Shown here piece after piece: positions 41,122-51,543 of a stretch of DNA of 64,000 nt. Numbering within the stretch: the first letter of the stretch is position 1; each line of letters begins with the position of its first letter. This DNA is from Candidatus Methanomethylicia archaeon (GTDB lineage Archaea; Thermoproteota; Methanomethylicia; CALHIW01). The stretch covers positions 1 to 64,000 of the forward strand of contig JAWBQF010000015.1 in assembly GCA_038845975.1 (NCBI GenBank), read 5' to 3'. The notes under the pieces are model-generated. The model saw nothing but the letters and a program-made list of their open reading frames with translations, ran no database searches and was not told the origin of the DNA. The translations under genes and the position numbers were made by a program.

Positions 41122-41138
41122 CTTGGAACTGTTCCAAG
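41122..41138. promoter_or_regulatory. putative operator palindrome
   Basis: Perfect CTTGGAAC-T-GTTCCAAG just upstream of the TATA region of 40145..41074. Confidence 0.5.
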
Positions 41139-41510
41139 AAGCAACGTATTAAAATCGTAGTTATCCCATTTTTGCATATCATTAATATTTTACGAGTACT
41201 ATGAAGATAATTTAAAATGATTACGTACTAGATCTTTATGATTCCTTACTAGTAATAAGCTTAATTTACATAGTTAGAGATTTTCAAGTTTATTTATGCT
41301 TATATGTTGATGTTAGTTTATTAATAAGTTACTTAAGCTTCTACTAGTTCTTAATGAATCCCATAGTTTCCTAAATTATCTTGCTTCAGGCCTATGGTGA
41401 AATGTAATTTCCTATTGGTGTACATGCCTCTGAATCTCTCATATATTTAAATATTGTTACTTCTACGTGTTATGTATACAGCTGATTTTAAGGGTAATTA
41501 GTTATGATTG

Positions 41511-43130
41511 TTATGTTCTACTTAGTACTTTCCCAGGTTTTGCGCCTGTATGTTTACCTTTATCGATAACAGGTATTCCGTTTACAAGTAAGTATTCTAT
41601 TCCTTCAGCATATATTGTTGGGTTTTGATATGTTGCTTTATCAATTAGCTTTAAAACATCGAATACAACTATATCAGCCCACATACCTTCACGTAATATA
41701 CCTCTATCCTTTAACTTAAGTTTTCTAGCTGGTAGTGAAGTCATCCTCCTAATAGCCTCCCCTAAAGATAATAGTATATCTTCCCTTACATATTTCGCTA
41801 TAACTCTTGGAAAGGTTCCGTAGGCTCTAGGATGCTGAATACCTCCTAAAGGCCCTTCACCTACTTTAATTCCATTATGATCTGAACCTATCATAACCCA
41901 TCGTCTACTTAGAAAATTTTTAAGATCATCCTCGCATCCATAAAATAGAATTATAGATACGCTTCCATTCTCATCCCTTAAAAGCTTGAAAACAGTTTCT
42001 AATGGGTTTAATCCCCAGAGCTCAGCTATCTGGGATATCGTCTTTCCCTCGATAAACTTATTCTTTTCTGTGGTAGCTATAACTATATTGTCCCAGCCGA
42101 TTTCTGAAGCTATACTTCTCCATCCATTTACGCCATCCTCCATATCTTTTCTAATTCTATCCTTAATTGTGGGATTACTGATTCTTTCAAGAAGCTTCCT
42201 AATACCTCCTTCATGAACCCATGGGGGTAAAATAGCATATAGACCTGTTTGCCCAGCAATATATGGATACTGATCAGCAGTTATATTAACTCCACTTTTC
42301 CTCGCTTCCTCTATAGCTTTTATAATCTCACTACTTCTACCCCAATTTTTCCTACCCATAACTTTAATATGGGATATTTCGATAGATACGTTGGCTTCCC
42401 TACCTATTCTTATAGCCTCCATAATAGCATTCATAATGTTGGATCCTTCATCCCTAATATGGCTAGCATATAGTCCATCATACTCTCCAATAATTCTTGC
42501 TAACTCTACCAGTTCATCTGTTTCCGTAAATAATCCTGGAGGATACGTTAATCCTACACTCATACCGAAGGCTCCTTCCTCCATAGCTTGCTTAACCAGC
42601 ATCTTCATAGAGTCAAGTTCACCTCTACTTGGCTTATATGTTTCAAAACCCATTACAGCTATTCTAATAACTCCATGACCTACTAGGGGAACCATATTTA
42701 CTGAAATACCTTGATTTGCAACTTTCTCATAATATTCTTTAAGAGTCAGCCATGTCCACGGTAAGTATTCAGATATCTTACCGAAAAACGAGTCTAAGTA
42801 TTGTTTAAGTAGTGAAAGATTATTTCTATTAACTGGTGCAGGAGATAAACCGCAGTTTCCTACGACTTCCGTCGCTACACCTTGATATACTTTACTATTA
42901 GCCTCCGGGTAAATTAATGCTGTTATATCTGAATGGGAATGCATATCAATAAAGCCTGGAGCTACTATAAGTCCTCTAGCATCAATTACAAGATCTGCTT
43001 TAGAAGTAGAAATTCTCCCTATCTTCACTATTCTACCTTCATATATTCCAACATCAGCTCTACGCCACTGAGTACTAAGCCCATCCACTATAAATCCATC
43101 CTTAATTAGAATACTATACTCTACAGTCAT
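41511..43130 (-). CDS. N-acyl-D-amino-acid deacylase (D-aminoacylase)
   Basis: APGFIDMHSHSD, GNCG, SHIR.E, SHIK, GSD, HPRAYGTFPR. Confidence 0.92.
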   Translation of the reverse strand: MTVEYSILIKDGFIVDGLSTQWRRADVGIYEGRIVKIGRISTSKADLVIDARGLIVAPGFIDMHSHSDITALIYPEANSKVYQGVATEVVGNCGLSPAPVNRNNLSLLKQYLDSFFGKISEYLPWTWLTLKEYYEKVANQGISVNMVPLVGHGVIRIAVMGFETYKPSRGELDSMKMLVKQAMEEGAFGMSVGLTYPPGLFTETDELVELARIIGEYDGLYASHIRDEGSNIMNAIMEAIRIGREANVSIEISHIKVMGRKNWGRSSEIIKAIEEARKSGVNITADQYPYIAGQTGLYAILPPWVHEGGIRKLLERISNPTIKDRIRKDMEDGVNGWRSIASEIGWDNIVIATTEKNKFIEGKTISQIAELWGLNPLETVFKLLRDENGSVSIILFYGCEDDLKNFLSRRWVMIGSDHNGIKVGEGPLGGIQHPRAYGTFPRVIAKYVREDILLSLGEAIRRMTSLPARKLKLKDRGILREGMWADIVVFDVLKLIDKATYQNPTIYAEGIEYLLVNGIPVIDKGKHTGAKPGKVLSRT

Positions 43131-43234
43131 TAAGTCTAGAGTATGTTGAGATAAAAATACTTTACGTTTAAGTTTACAGATGTAGTAACTTGGTATATTA
43201 TGGCTTTCTTACTAAATTGCTAGATTTAAGTTTA

Positions 43235-43287
43235 CCTGTAAACTTAGATTTAAAAGTATTGTAATTGATGGCTTAAGGTTTCATAGG
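43235..43287 (+). mobile_element. mini-MITE family C copy
   Basis: cctgtaaactta...tgtaattgatggcttaagg...atagg; shared core and inverted ends. Confidence 0.45.
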
Positions 43288-43305
43288 CAAGGTTTACAGC
43301 TTAAA

Positions 43306-44280
43306 CTATTTAAATACTGTTTTAAGGAATTCCTTGTACTTATCTATTGACTTGGTTTGAAGTGGATTTATATTTTTTGCTTTAGCAATCATTACCGATA
43401 ATAGTCCAGCTATGTGTGAGCCGTAGATAAGCTTTGTAAGCGGTGAGGATCCTTTAAGTTCAAGGCTTAATACTTTAAACTCTAAGTCTCTCAGGTAGTT
43501 TAGGATAAAGCTTCTAAGCATATACGTATATATAGACTCATCTTTAGGATCAAGTATTAGTACTTTAAAGTTTCCCCTAGATCCTTCATATCCTACTATG
43601 TCATTATGAAAGTATTCAGGTATTATTTCATACTTAGCTATCATTTTAGAGTTTTCATTAAGCTCATTTTTAAATCTTACAGCTAGGGGCTCATATCTTA
43701 CATCAGCTATTATTATAGGTATTGAATCTATAAGTATATTAGATATTTTCCTAGCGTCTTCTATGTTTCCATTAACATCTTTAAGTACGTCGATGCTTTC
43801 ATTAATCTCCCATTCCTCAACAATATTTACATCTAACATTAAAAGAATTCTTAGTAGTGAGTATAGTAGTAGGGGAAATGCTGATCTAGGAGTATAGCCG
43901 CTATCAACTTTAATATAGGTGAAACAATTATCTAAAGCTATCTTCTCCAGTAATCCACCTGAAGATATGGCTATGATTTTAGCATTATACTTAATTCCAT
44001 GTTTAACAGACTCTATGGTTTCAATAGTATTGCCTGAATATGAAATGGCTATAAGTAATGTTCCACTATTAATCCATTTAGGAATATTAAAATCCTTAAT
44101 GACGTGTACTGGAATATTAAGTCTTCCAGATCCTAAAGCCTTAATAAAATCTCCAGCAATACCTGAGCCCCCCATACCTAAAACAGCAATATTATTGAAT
44201 GAATACGTTTTAAAGTTTTCTACGGGATATTTTAATGCTTTAGAAGCCATATCAAACCAGGAAATATAATAGTCCAGCAT
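43306..44280 (-). CDS. bifunctional phosphoglucose/phosphomannose isomerase
   Basis: GMGGSG, SYSGNT.ET, SSGG, RFKNELNENSK, PE..HN. Confidence 0.92.
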   Translation of the reverse strand: MLDYYISWFDMASKALKYPVENFKTYSFNNIAVLGMGGSGIAGDFIKALGSGRLNIPVHVIKDFNIPKWINSGTLLIAISYSGNTIETIESVKHGIKYNAKIIAISSGGLLEKIALDNCFTYIKVDSGYTPRSAFPLLLYSLLRILLMLDVNIVEEWEINESIDVLKDVNGNIEDARKISNILIDSIPIIIADVRYEPLAVRFKNELNENSKMIAKYEIIPEYFHNDIVGYEGSRGNFKVLILDPKDESIYTYMLRSFILNYLRDLEFKVLSLELKGSSPLTKLIYGSHIAGLLSVMIAKAKNINPLQTKSIDKYKEFLKTVFK

Positions 44281-44292
44281 TACAACACCTAT

Positions 44293-45063
44293 TTAATCAG
44301 GTATCTTTATGGAGCATGGTACACCGGATGAGCATTTACCACATGCATCACATACTCCACCAATAATATCCCTATACTTCCTATCATTGTCTTCAAGCCA
44401 GTCTCTACATTTAAATTTACCAGTATCCCAACTATCCAGAGCATTTACTGGACATTTCAAAACACATTCCCTACACTTCCCACCTCTCTTAGTAATACAA
44501 TACTCAATTTCAGGCTTAGAATCTGGATTTAGCTTTAAACTAGTTAGAACAGTTCCAAGTCTAACAGCAACTCCCTTAGAAGTTATGAGGAGGTTATGTA
44601 TTCCAAAGGTTCCTAACCCAGCAATATAGCCTGCATGTCTATGACTCCAATGTGATTTAAGATTATCCCTATCATAGTCATGGGTTGCCTTAAGCCCAAT
44701 GGATTCAAAACCTTCAATACGTAGAATATTAGCAGTTTTCTGAACTAAATAATCAATCAGCTTGTTTGTTAGAAAGTATTCCCTAAGCCACTGAGGGGAG
44801 GGGTCTTTACCGGTAGAATTGCTTTCTACAGCTTCAAGACTTAACGGTACTGCAAATACGATAATGCTTTCAACATTTTTAAGAAGCTCTTTAGGATGAT
44901 GAATCCATGGATGAATATTCTTAACCCTAAGCCATAATGGATCATTAGCTGATGCTACTCCCAAAACAGATGGTAGTCTATAGTTAACCCCCATATTAAA
45001 ACTGAAAGCCCTTATTTCGTTATCAATTAAAATTTTAATATCTTCAGTATGCATGAAAACCAT
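44293..45063 (-). CDS. epoxyqueuosine reductase (QueG)-like Fe-S protein
   Basis: WSHRHAGYIAGLGTFG, VRLG, CRECVLKCP, CGKC...VPC. Confidence 0.85.
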   Translation of the reverse strand: MVFMHTEDIKILIDNEIRAFSFNMGVNYRLPSVLGVASANDPLWLRVKNIHPWIHHPKELLKNVESIIVFAVPLSLEAVESNSTGKDPSPQWLREYFLTNKLIDYLVQKTANILRIEGFESIGLKATHDYDRDNLKSHWSHRHAGYIAGLGTFGIHNLLITSKGVAVRLGTVLTSLKLNPDSKPEIEYCITKRGGKCRECVLKCPVNALDSWDTGKFKCRDWLEDNDRKYRDIIGGVCDACGKCSSGVPCSIKIPD

Positions 45064-45248
45064 AGTATGAGGGTATATTTAAATATTAATGAAGCTTACT
45101 TTAAATCCATAGCTACCATGCTCTATTTCAGTATCCCTACAAGAACTCTATTACCTTACCAAGAATTCTATAGGCAGCTATATTTAAGTATCAGCTTAGT
45201 CTATGTTTGTTGGAGCTGTAATAGAGGTTAGATTACTATAACTATAGT

Positions 45249-45663
45249 TAATCAAACCAATACTCAGCTTCTACAATTTCTCTAACTCTGGATTACCCAA
45301 GAAATCTCCACAATCCCTTCCTTGGCCTTATTATTTCTATTCTCATACTCTTCAATTAAAGCATCACTTAGTAAAACTTCGTATTCTCCAGCTACACTAA
45401 TAGCTTCAGCTCCCATCCATGGGCTTACTCTATCTGAAGCTACTATACGAACATTGACATAGCCTAATACTTCAACACCTACAGCACGATACTTCTCAAT
45501 TCGAAGAGCTTCTAGCGGAAATCCAAGCCTCTTAGCTATGGTGATGGGAGCATGGATTTCTGAATGATCACTTTCATAACCACTATTTACAAGAGCTGAA
45601 GTCTTAACAATATTATTATCCCTTCTAACCTCAACAGGTAACCTAACACCTAGAGCTTCTCAC
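45249..45663 (-). pseudogene. frameshifted archaeal aspartic-protease-like (PaREP-type) small protein
   Basis: Not in ORF track: ...KTSALVNSGYESD.SEIHAP...EVLLSDALIEE / IEIIRPRKGLWRFLG* in broken frames. Confidence 0.6.
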
Positions 45664-45788
45664 CCTGTGAAGCTTTTCAAATCTCCTTTTTAATTTAGCA
45701 TATTCAAGACGGGATGAAGTAAACTTTCCAAGTCTTTTCATAAGGGAATATATTCTAAGATCCAAGTATACTTTACGATTTACTATGA

Positions 45789-45839
45789 CTCTATAAACTT
45801 ATGAAGATATATGTAGTTGATGGCTTAAGTTTATAGACC
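45789..45839 (+). mobile_element. mini-MITE family C copy
   Basis: tctataaactta/taagtttataga inverted ends; actatga direct repeat on both flanks. Confidence 0.55.
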
Positions 45840-45999
45840 ACTATGAGCTACTTAAATAGGTTTTAAACCTCCTAATTTGAAATATACTCTACTTTTCTAA
45901 GCTTTCATGATTTATTCTAAAACTTCAATATGTAAGGATTAAACTACCCTTATAAATTCGTATTTTCAAGAGGCTTAAGAACCTTGCAAGTAATATATT

Positions 46000-46647
46000 A
46001 TGGAGATGAAGAAGTCGAAAGTGGAGATAAGAGGATTATTCTATAGTTTTATATCATCATATATAGTGAATATGCTTTCAGGAGTATGTCCTGAAAAATC
46101 GTTTCTATATGCATTGGAGAATATTGAAGATGAAGTTGATATCGATAAGAATATTAAGATTAAGCTATTAACCGGTACCCCTATTTTTAAAGTAATAGAT
46201 GATTTAGAAAGAATATTTAATCCTTTTGAGGTTACTATGACTAAGTTTATTACAAGGGTAAGTATTGAAAGTCCACATAGCCTTAATAGTATTGGTAAAA
46301 TCGTAACGAAAATAGTTTCAGTAATGTATGACTGTATTAGATATGAGGAAACCAAACTTAAAATAATGAAGTATAGAGTTAAAGCAATAATTACGATTAT
46401 TAGCTTTGTTTCAGGAATGATTGTTAATGTTCTCCCACATATTATAGCTCTCCTTATTCATGGGGCTGTAATAGACCCTGTAGTAAATACACTTCTCACA
46501 ATATCTCTAGTAGCTAACCTTACAGTTTCCTCATTTATAATTTCAATAATAGTTATGAATGAAAAACCGGAAGTGGATTCAATAATATCGATTTCTAGCT
46601 TCATTCTTGCATACATAATAGCTAAATCAATATTTAGACTTGCATGA
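46000..46647 (+). CDS. membrane protein, possibly TadB/TadC (T2SSF)-like
   Basis: Helical N-domain with ML.SG..PEKS, three C-terminal TM helices. Confidence 0.5.
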   Translation: MEMKKSKVEIRGLFYSFISSYIVNMLSGVCPEKSFLYALENIEDEVDIDKNIKIKLLTGTPIFKVIDDLERIFNPFEVTMTKFITRVSIESPHSLNSIGKIVTKIVSVMYDCIRYEETKLKIMKYRVKAIITIISFVSGMIVNVLPHIIALLIHGAVIDPVVNTLLTISLVANLTVSSFIISIIVMNEKPEVDSIISISSFILAYIIAKSIFRLA

Positions 46648-46733
46648 AACATAACGAAATAATTCTTACTAGCTATTAAGCTAGAACTATTAGGTAGAGA
46701 TGATGAAGAATTGGCTTTAATCATAGGGTTTAA

Positions 46734-47630
46734 TCATATGTTTTCATTCTTAAATCTTGAGAGAATATTTAGTATTTGCCTATCAAGTGGTGGATGTTTT
46801 CTTCTCCTATTCTTCATAGGTTTTATATAGGAACCAACAGTATTGAATGATTTTAACGCTAATTCGTCACCTTCACCCTCAATATATCTATCCCAGTCAT
46901 TAAAATGTTTAAAGTCATGTGGCCTAGCCATTTCCAGCGTAAAATCAAGTATTCTATATGGATCAATACATACACAAACCATATCTAAGCTTCTATGAAG
47001 GCTTAAGGGAGCTGTAAAAAGCCTCTGTACATCAATTTTATTCTCAACCTTTAAGCTCCCAGCATTATAGCTTAAAGCAACATCAACAATTCTACTATGA
47101 AGCCTTAAAATAACATATTCAACAATAGCATATGCTAAATCTAATGGATGAATTCTTCTATATATATCTTTTGAGAACGCTAATGGATGTATATGTACAT
47201 GACATCCTCTACCACTCCACTTAACAATAATAGATCTTTTTAAACCCTCCCTATCTAGAAATCTAGATATTTCATCTACAATAGCTAGTGTTGTTTTCCA
47301 ATTCTCCAATGTATTATCTACATCCCATGTAGGCATGCAAGCATTAATATTTGAAAGATCAGTAACATCCTCAAAAACCTCAATTCTAGAATACAAACTT
47401 ATAGTTGCATATATTGTTCTCGGCTTAAGCTTTTCAAGAACTTTGAGGATACTTAAAATATCATTAACCCCATCAATCTTTAGGGGTTTACCCCTAAGGT
47501 AACGTATAAGTATTTGATATCCACTACTATTCTTTTCCTCAACATGTACTCCAACCCATCTACCCTTACAAAACCTCACAATATTACTGGAAACAATATT
47601 GCTTAAATAATGTCTAAATACGTCAACCAT
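46734..47630 (-). CDS. archaeo-eukaryotic primase (AEP) superfamily protein
   Basis: Motif I WDVD, motif II WSGRGCHVH, NKID, RLFTAPLSLH (cf. PriS R..R.P.SLH). Confidence 0.75.
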   Translation of the reverse strand: MVDVFRHYLSNIVSSNIVRFCKGRWVGVHVEEKNSSGYQILIRYLRGKPLKIDGVNDILSILKVLEKLKPRTIYATISLYSRIEVFEDVTDLSNINACMPTWDVDNTLENWKTTLAIVDEISRFLDREGLKRSIIVKWSGRGCHVHIHPLAFSKDIYRRIHPLDLAYAIVEYVILRLHSRIVDVALSYNAGSLKVENKIDVQRLFTAPLSLHRSLDMVCVCIDPYRILDFTLEMARPHDFKHFNDWDRYIEGEGDELALKSFNTVGSYIKPMKNRRRKHPPLDRQILNILSRFKNENI

Positions 47631-47972
47631 ATAAGTAGTAAGCAGTAGAGTAGAAATAGGTTAGTAAATGCTTTCTAGAATACTTTAGCTTAACTACGCT
47701 TACATGGAAACCTATAGATCCCACTTTAATACTAAGTATAAACATATATTTTCAGGCAGGGTTAAATCGGAATTTAAGGATGCTAACTGCTTATCAGTAC
47801 TTACCATATAAGTTAAACATTGCAATACGGTATAATGTTCTTCTATAATATGAATTTACGTTTAAGCTAAATAGTATTAGTTAGCTTAGATTATCTTCAT
47901 TTTTATATCCTCCATAAATGAATTTAGGATTTCAATTATACTTCATGGTGAATTGCTAAGTCTTATGGAATT

Positions 47973-48548
47973 TCAAGTATTTGTTTGAGAACCATTAATC
48001 TTAGGTAGAAGGAGGTTTGTGAAAACTTTATTAAATATGTTGAATGCTCTATCATCATAGAGACATAAAATAACCTTAGCTAGGGATGTGGGTTTATTGG
48101 AGAATTCCATTAAGACATTAGCCATAATTTCAGCACATTTTTCAAGAGGATATCCATATACACCTGTAGATATTGCAGGTAAAGCTATAGTGTTAAGCTT
48201 TAACTCTTCAGCTTTATTGAGAGCTGATCTTACAGCTGATGAGAGCTTTCTATCACTATCCTTTTCACCGTAGATTGGACCTACAGCATGAATAATGTAC
48301 TTAGCCTTCAATCTTCCAGCGCTAGTAACAGCAACACTTCCAACAGATACTGGACCGTGAATCCTTACATACTCATCACTTTCCATCTGTATAATGTATC
48401 CACCCTTCCTAACAATAGCTCCAGCAACACCTCCACCATGTTTAAGATGAGGATTTGCAGCATTAACAATAGCGTCAGCTTCAATATTTGTAATATCACC
48501 TTTCACAATCACAACCTCTAACCTATTAAGAGTAAATTTAGAATGCAT
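47973..48548 (-). CDS. macrodomain ADP-ribose-binding / O-acetyl-ADP-ribose deacetylase
   Basis: GDIT, IVNAAN, HGGGVAGAI, IIHAVGP, PAISTG.YG. Confidence 0.95.
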   Translation of the reverse strand: MHSKFTLNRLEVVIVKGDITNIEADAIVNAANPHLKHGGGVAGAIVRKGGYIIQMESDEYVRIHGPVSVGSVAVTSAGRLKAKYIIHAVGPIYGEKDSDRKLSSAVRSALNKAEELKLNTIALPAISTGVYGYPLEKCAEIMANVLMEFSNKPTSLAKVILCLYDDRAFNIFNKVFTNLLLPKINGSQTNT

Positions 48549-49114
48549 AGTTACATATTACATCTAAAAACTTAAGAATTTAACTCTAAGCTAAACATGA
48601 CTTACATGTTTTACTAGCAGGAGGAAAAGACTTCACAACTAGAGATTATTGGCTGGAATTGTGGGGCTTTATACTAGTAGGCATTGTTGATTATGGTTTA
48701 TTTCTGTTTAAGATGTTGATGTAGGGTATCGTCTACTATTATGTATTCTCCTCTACTTTCCTTCCGGGTGTAGCTGTATTGTAGAAATCTTTTAATGTAG
48801 ATTGGGGAATTTTGATTCAGAAGTAGTCTTCCCTATAGTAATTAAGCAATTTTTAAGGAGGAATTTCTTACCTCATGCTTAACTACCTTAAGTTCTAGCT
48901 ATATCTAGGGAAATGATTTAATTTTAATAAGTATAAAACTCATGTAAAACGGTTTCTCTAGAACTTAAAATATTTGATATCATACTTAACAGTTAATCCT
49001 ATTACTACATAAATAATGTTTCTCTAATGTTGAAATATACTTATTCGCTAAATTCTTAGGTCTCTAATAAACTTTAAGTTATTAATGAATATTGGCGAAT
49101 AAGGATGTATAACA

Positions 49115-49621
49115 TTAAATAGCTTCACCTAAACTCTCAGAAGCTCTACAGGCTAATAGTCTATACCATTCTGGAGTACATATGTTATTAACTCTTCTAC
49201 TTGCTGTATATGGTTTAATGTCAAGTATAGGTGTTTCGTTGAAGAGATCTAAGCCATCAACATGTAAACATAGATCTTCACGTCTAATAAGCTTAACTAT
49301 TGTTAGAGCTATAGGGTTAGGTCTATGTGGGGAGTCAGTACAGAATACACCTACTTCAGGTAGGTCGCTAATTTTAATATTAAATCTTAAGAATCTTTTA
49401 GGTCTAACCTTAAGAATTCTACGTTGATCATCAGTAACCTTATGAAGATATGCTATAAGTATTAAATGTGAAAATCCATCAATACCGTGAAGTCCATCAG
49501 CATACTCTCTAAAAACCTCAATAACCCCCTTAACACCACTCCATGAATTTCTAATAGTTTCATCATCAACATCTACATGTACAACGCCTATAGGTTTAAT
49601 CTGTATGTTCAATTCAACCAT
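49115..49621 (-). CDS. tsaA: TsaA/TrmO-family SAM-binding tRNA methyltransferase
   Basis: PIG, GFSH, GVF.T.SP.RPNPI, TPILDIKPY. Confidence 0.9.
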   Translation of the reverse strand: MVELNIQIKPIGVVHVDVDDETIRNSWSGVKGVIEVFREYADGLHGIDGFSHLILIAYLHKVTDDQRRILKVRPKRFLRFNIKISDLPEVGVFCTDSPHRPNPIALTIVKLIRREDLCLHVDGLDLFNETPILDIKPYTASRRVNNICTPEWYRLLACRASESLGEAI

Positions 49622-49624
49622 CCA

Positions 49625-50494
49625 TTAAACTCTTAACTTAGCTCCAACTCCACCTACATGGTAAACATTAGGGATTTCCTCTTGAAATCTAGCTTCAGCA
49701 ACAATTCCAGTACAGTGTAGGGGCATTACAGCCTTAACATTTTGAGTAAATATAAAGCTAATAACATCATTAATTCTATCTCTTGAAGAGTATAGTAGAT
49801 GTAGTCCACCAACAATACCATAAATACCCTCAGCTTTAGTTATTTCCTTAGAGTAGTTTACTATGTTTTCAAGTCCAGCGTGACAGCATCCTATAACGAT
49901 GATAAGTCCCTTACCATCAACATTTATTATGAGGGCTAATTCATCAACAACATCATCACCTACAATTTTCCCATCAGCAATCCTATAAAGTCTACTAGTA
50001 CTAGTAGGACCCCATAACCTAGGTATTTCACCTGTTAATACAATACCTGGAGTAATACTTACTGATGATCTTACTGGAATTAGATTACAGCCTAAAGTCA
50101 TAACCTGCTCTCTAGTTTCAGGAAAACCTATACTTCTAAGTTTAGGAAGGATAGCTAGAGCAGGCTCAAAAAGGTCTGGATGAGCTAGTACCGGTATGTT
50201 TCCACCTCTTAACTCTAGAAGCTTTTTAAGACCTCCAGTATGATCATAATGTCTATGGCTTAAAACTACATAGTCAACATCTCTAATATCAATACCTAGC
50301 ACATCAGCATTTTCACTAAGCACTCTACCTGTCGATCCAGTATCGAAGAGTATGTATGTTTCCTCCTCACCTAAAGCATGGATGAGAATTGATAAACCAT
50401 ACTCAGCAGTTAAATACTTATTTCTAGGTAGAGGAATACTATTATCAACAATTATATCTAGTTCCACAGTCTTAACAGAATCTGTACTATCCAT
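49625..50494 (-). CDS. MBL-fold hydrolase (COG1237 type)
   Basis: EYGLS, LFDTG, SHRHYDHTGG, GCCHAG, GGLHL, HCTG. Confidence 0.88.
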   Translation of the reverse strand: MDSTDSVKTVELDIIVDNSIPLPRNKYLTAEYGLSILIHALGEEETYILFDTGSTGRVLSENADVLGIDIRDVDYVVLSHRHYDHTGGLKKLLELRGGNIPVLAHPDLFEPALAILPKLRSIGFPETREQVMTLGCNLIPVRSSVSITPGIVLTGEIPRLWGPTSTSRLYRIADGKIVGDDVVDELALIINVDGKGLIIVIGCCHAGLENIVNYSKEITKAEGIYGIVGGLHLLYSSRDRINDVISFIFTQNVKAVMPLHCTGIVAEARFQEEIPNVYHVGGVGAKLRV

Positions 50495-50624
50495 AACATC
50501 CTAATTGAAACCTAACTAATAAGTCTTCATACTGTAGCTACATATTAAGTGTGAAGATATTAAGAATAGTAGTAGCTCTAAAGCTAAGTCTGATTAATGA
50601 TAGATGATTAATTCCTAATTACTG

Positions 50625-51296
50625 CTATAAGTATAGGCTATCATAAATTTTAGGTTTTAAACCATACTTCATTCTAAACATCGCTATAAGCCTATCAGCT
50701 GTTAATTCAGCCAATAATACAATATCACTTGGAGATAAATTATAGCTAGTAATACCGGTATTGTAAGTTATTGAGGATCCTGGAGGGATATCGTCTTCAC
50801 CCTGCCAGTAAGCTATTTGAATACCTATCCCTCTAGCTACTGGGAAACAGCATGCCCATGTAGCGTTTGGATGCTTAACCATAAAACCATTTAGGCTATT
50901 AACAATAGAATTAACCTGCTCTACACTAACATCTATAAGTTCACTAGCTATGAATTTCACTATTCGTCCCTCATATCTCTTAATAGATAAACCTCCAGGA
51001 AGCCTTAATGCATCAACATAATCATCTGAAGAAATAGCTACAGGTAAACTGGAAATTATACTATGTAGAATGCGTAAAATCAACTCGGAATCTTTTACCC
51101 TACCATTAAGAACATCGTTAACAGTAATGCTTATAGGGGATATGTTAATTAGCATTCCTAAAGTATTAATTTCTACTAGACCATTTCTAACACTCCAACC
51201 AATATCACTAACATAATGTAGCAATGTATTAAAACCCTTCTGATGAATTATATTTAACAATTTCAACTCCATACTAAACCTTATACATCTAAACAT
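50625..51296 (-). CDS. DUF3786-like hypothetical protein
   Basis: LPGG, FP, YWQGEDDIPP pattern. Confidence 0.6.
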   Translation of the reverse strand: MFRCIRFSMELKLLNIIHQKGFNTLLHYVSDIGWSVRNGLVEINTLGMLINISPISITVNDVLNGRVKDSELILRILHSIISSLPVAISSDDYVDALRLPGGLSIKRYEGRIVKFIASELIDVSVEQVNSIVNSLNGFMVKHPNATWACCFPVARGIGIQIAYWQGEDDIPPGSSITYNTGITSYNLSPSDIVLLAELTADRLIAMFRMKYGLKPKIYDSLYL

Positions 51297-51543
51297 TTAT
51301 CTCTTACGTATATTACTAACTAAAATCAGTAATGATTTAACCGAATCCGTAATTATCATTCAGCAAGACAACATTTTTAATATCAATAAAATAATATATT
51401 AGTTAAAGAAGTGAATTCAGTGTACTGGATAAACTACTGATTTAACGAACCTACTTAAATTTACTTTAAAATAACTTAAGCTAAACATTATTTGCTATTA
51501 GATTTAGCATTAAGTTTAAATAATACCTTTAATAGAAGGCTTT

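Noticed and set aside
51325-51385. Possible minus-strand C/D sRNA
   Set aside because: Two CTGA boxes, but C/C' are degenerate and guide spacing is too long
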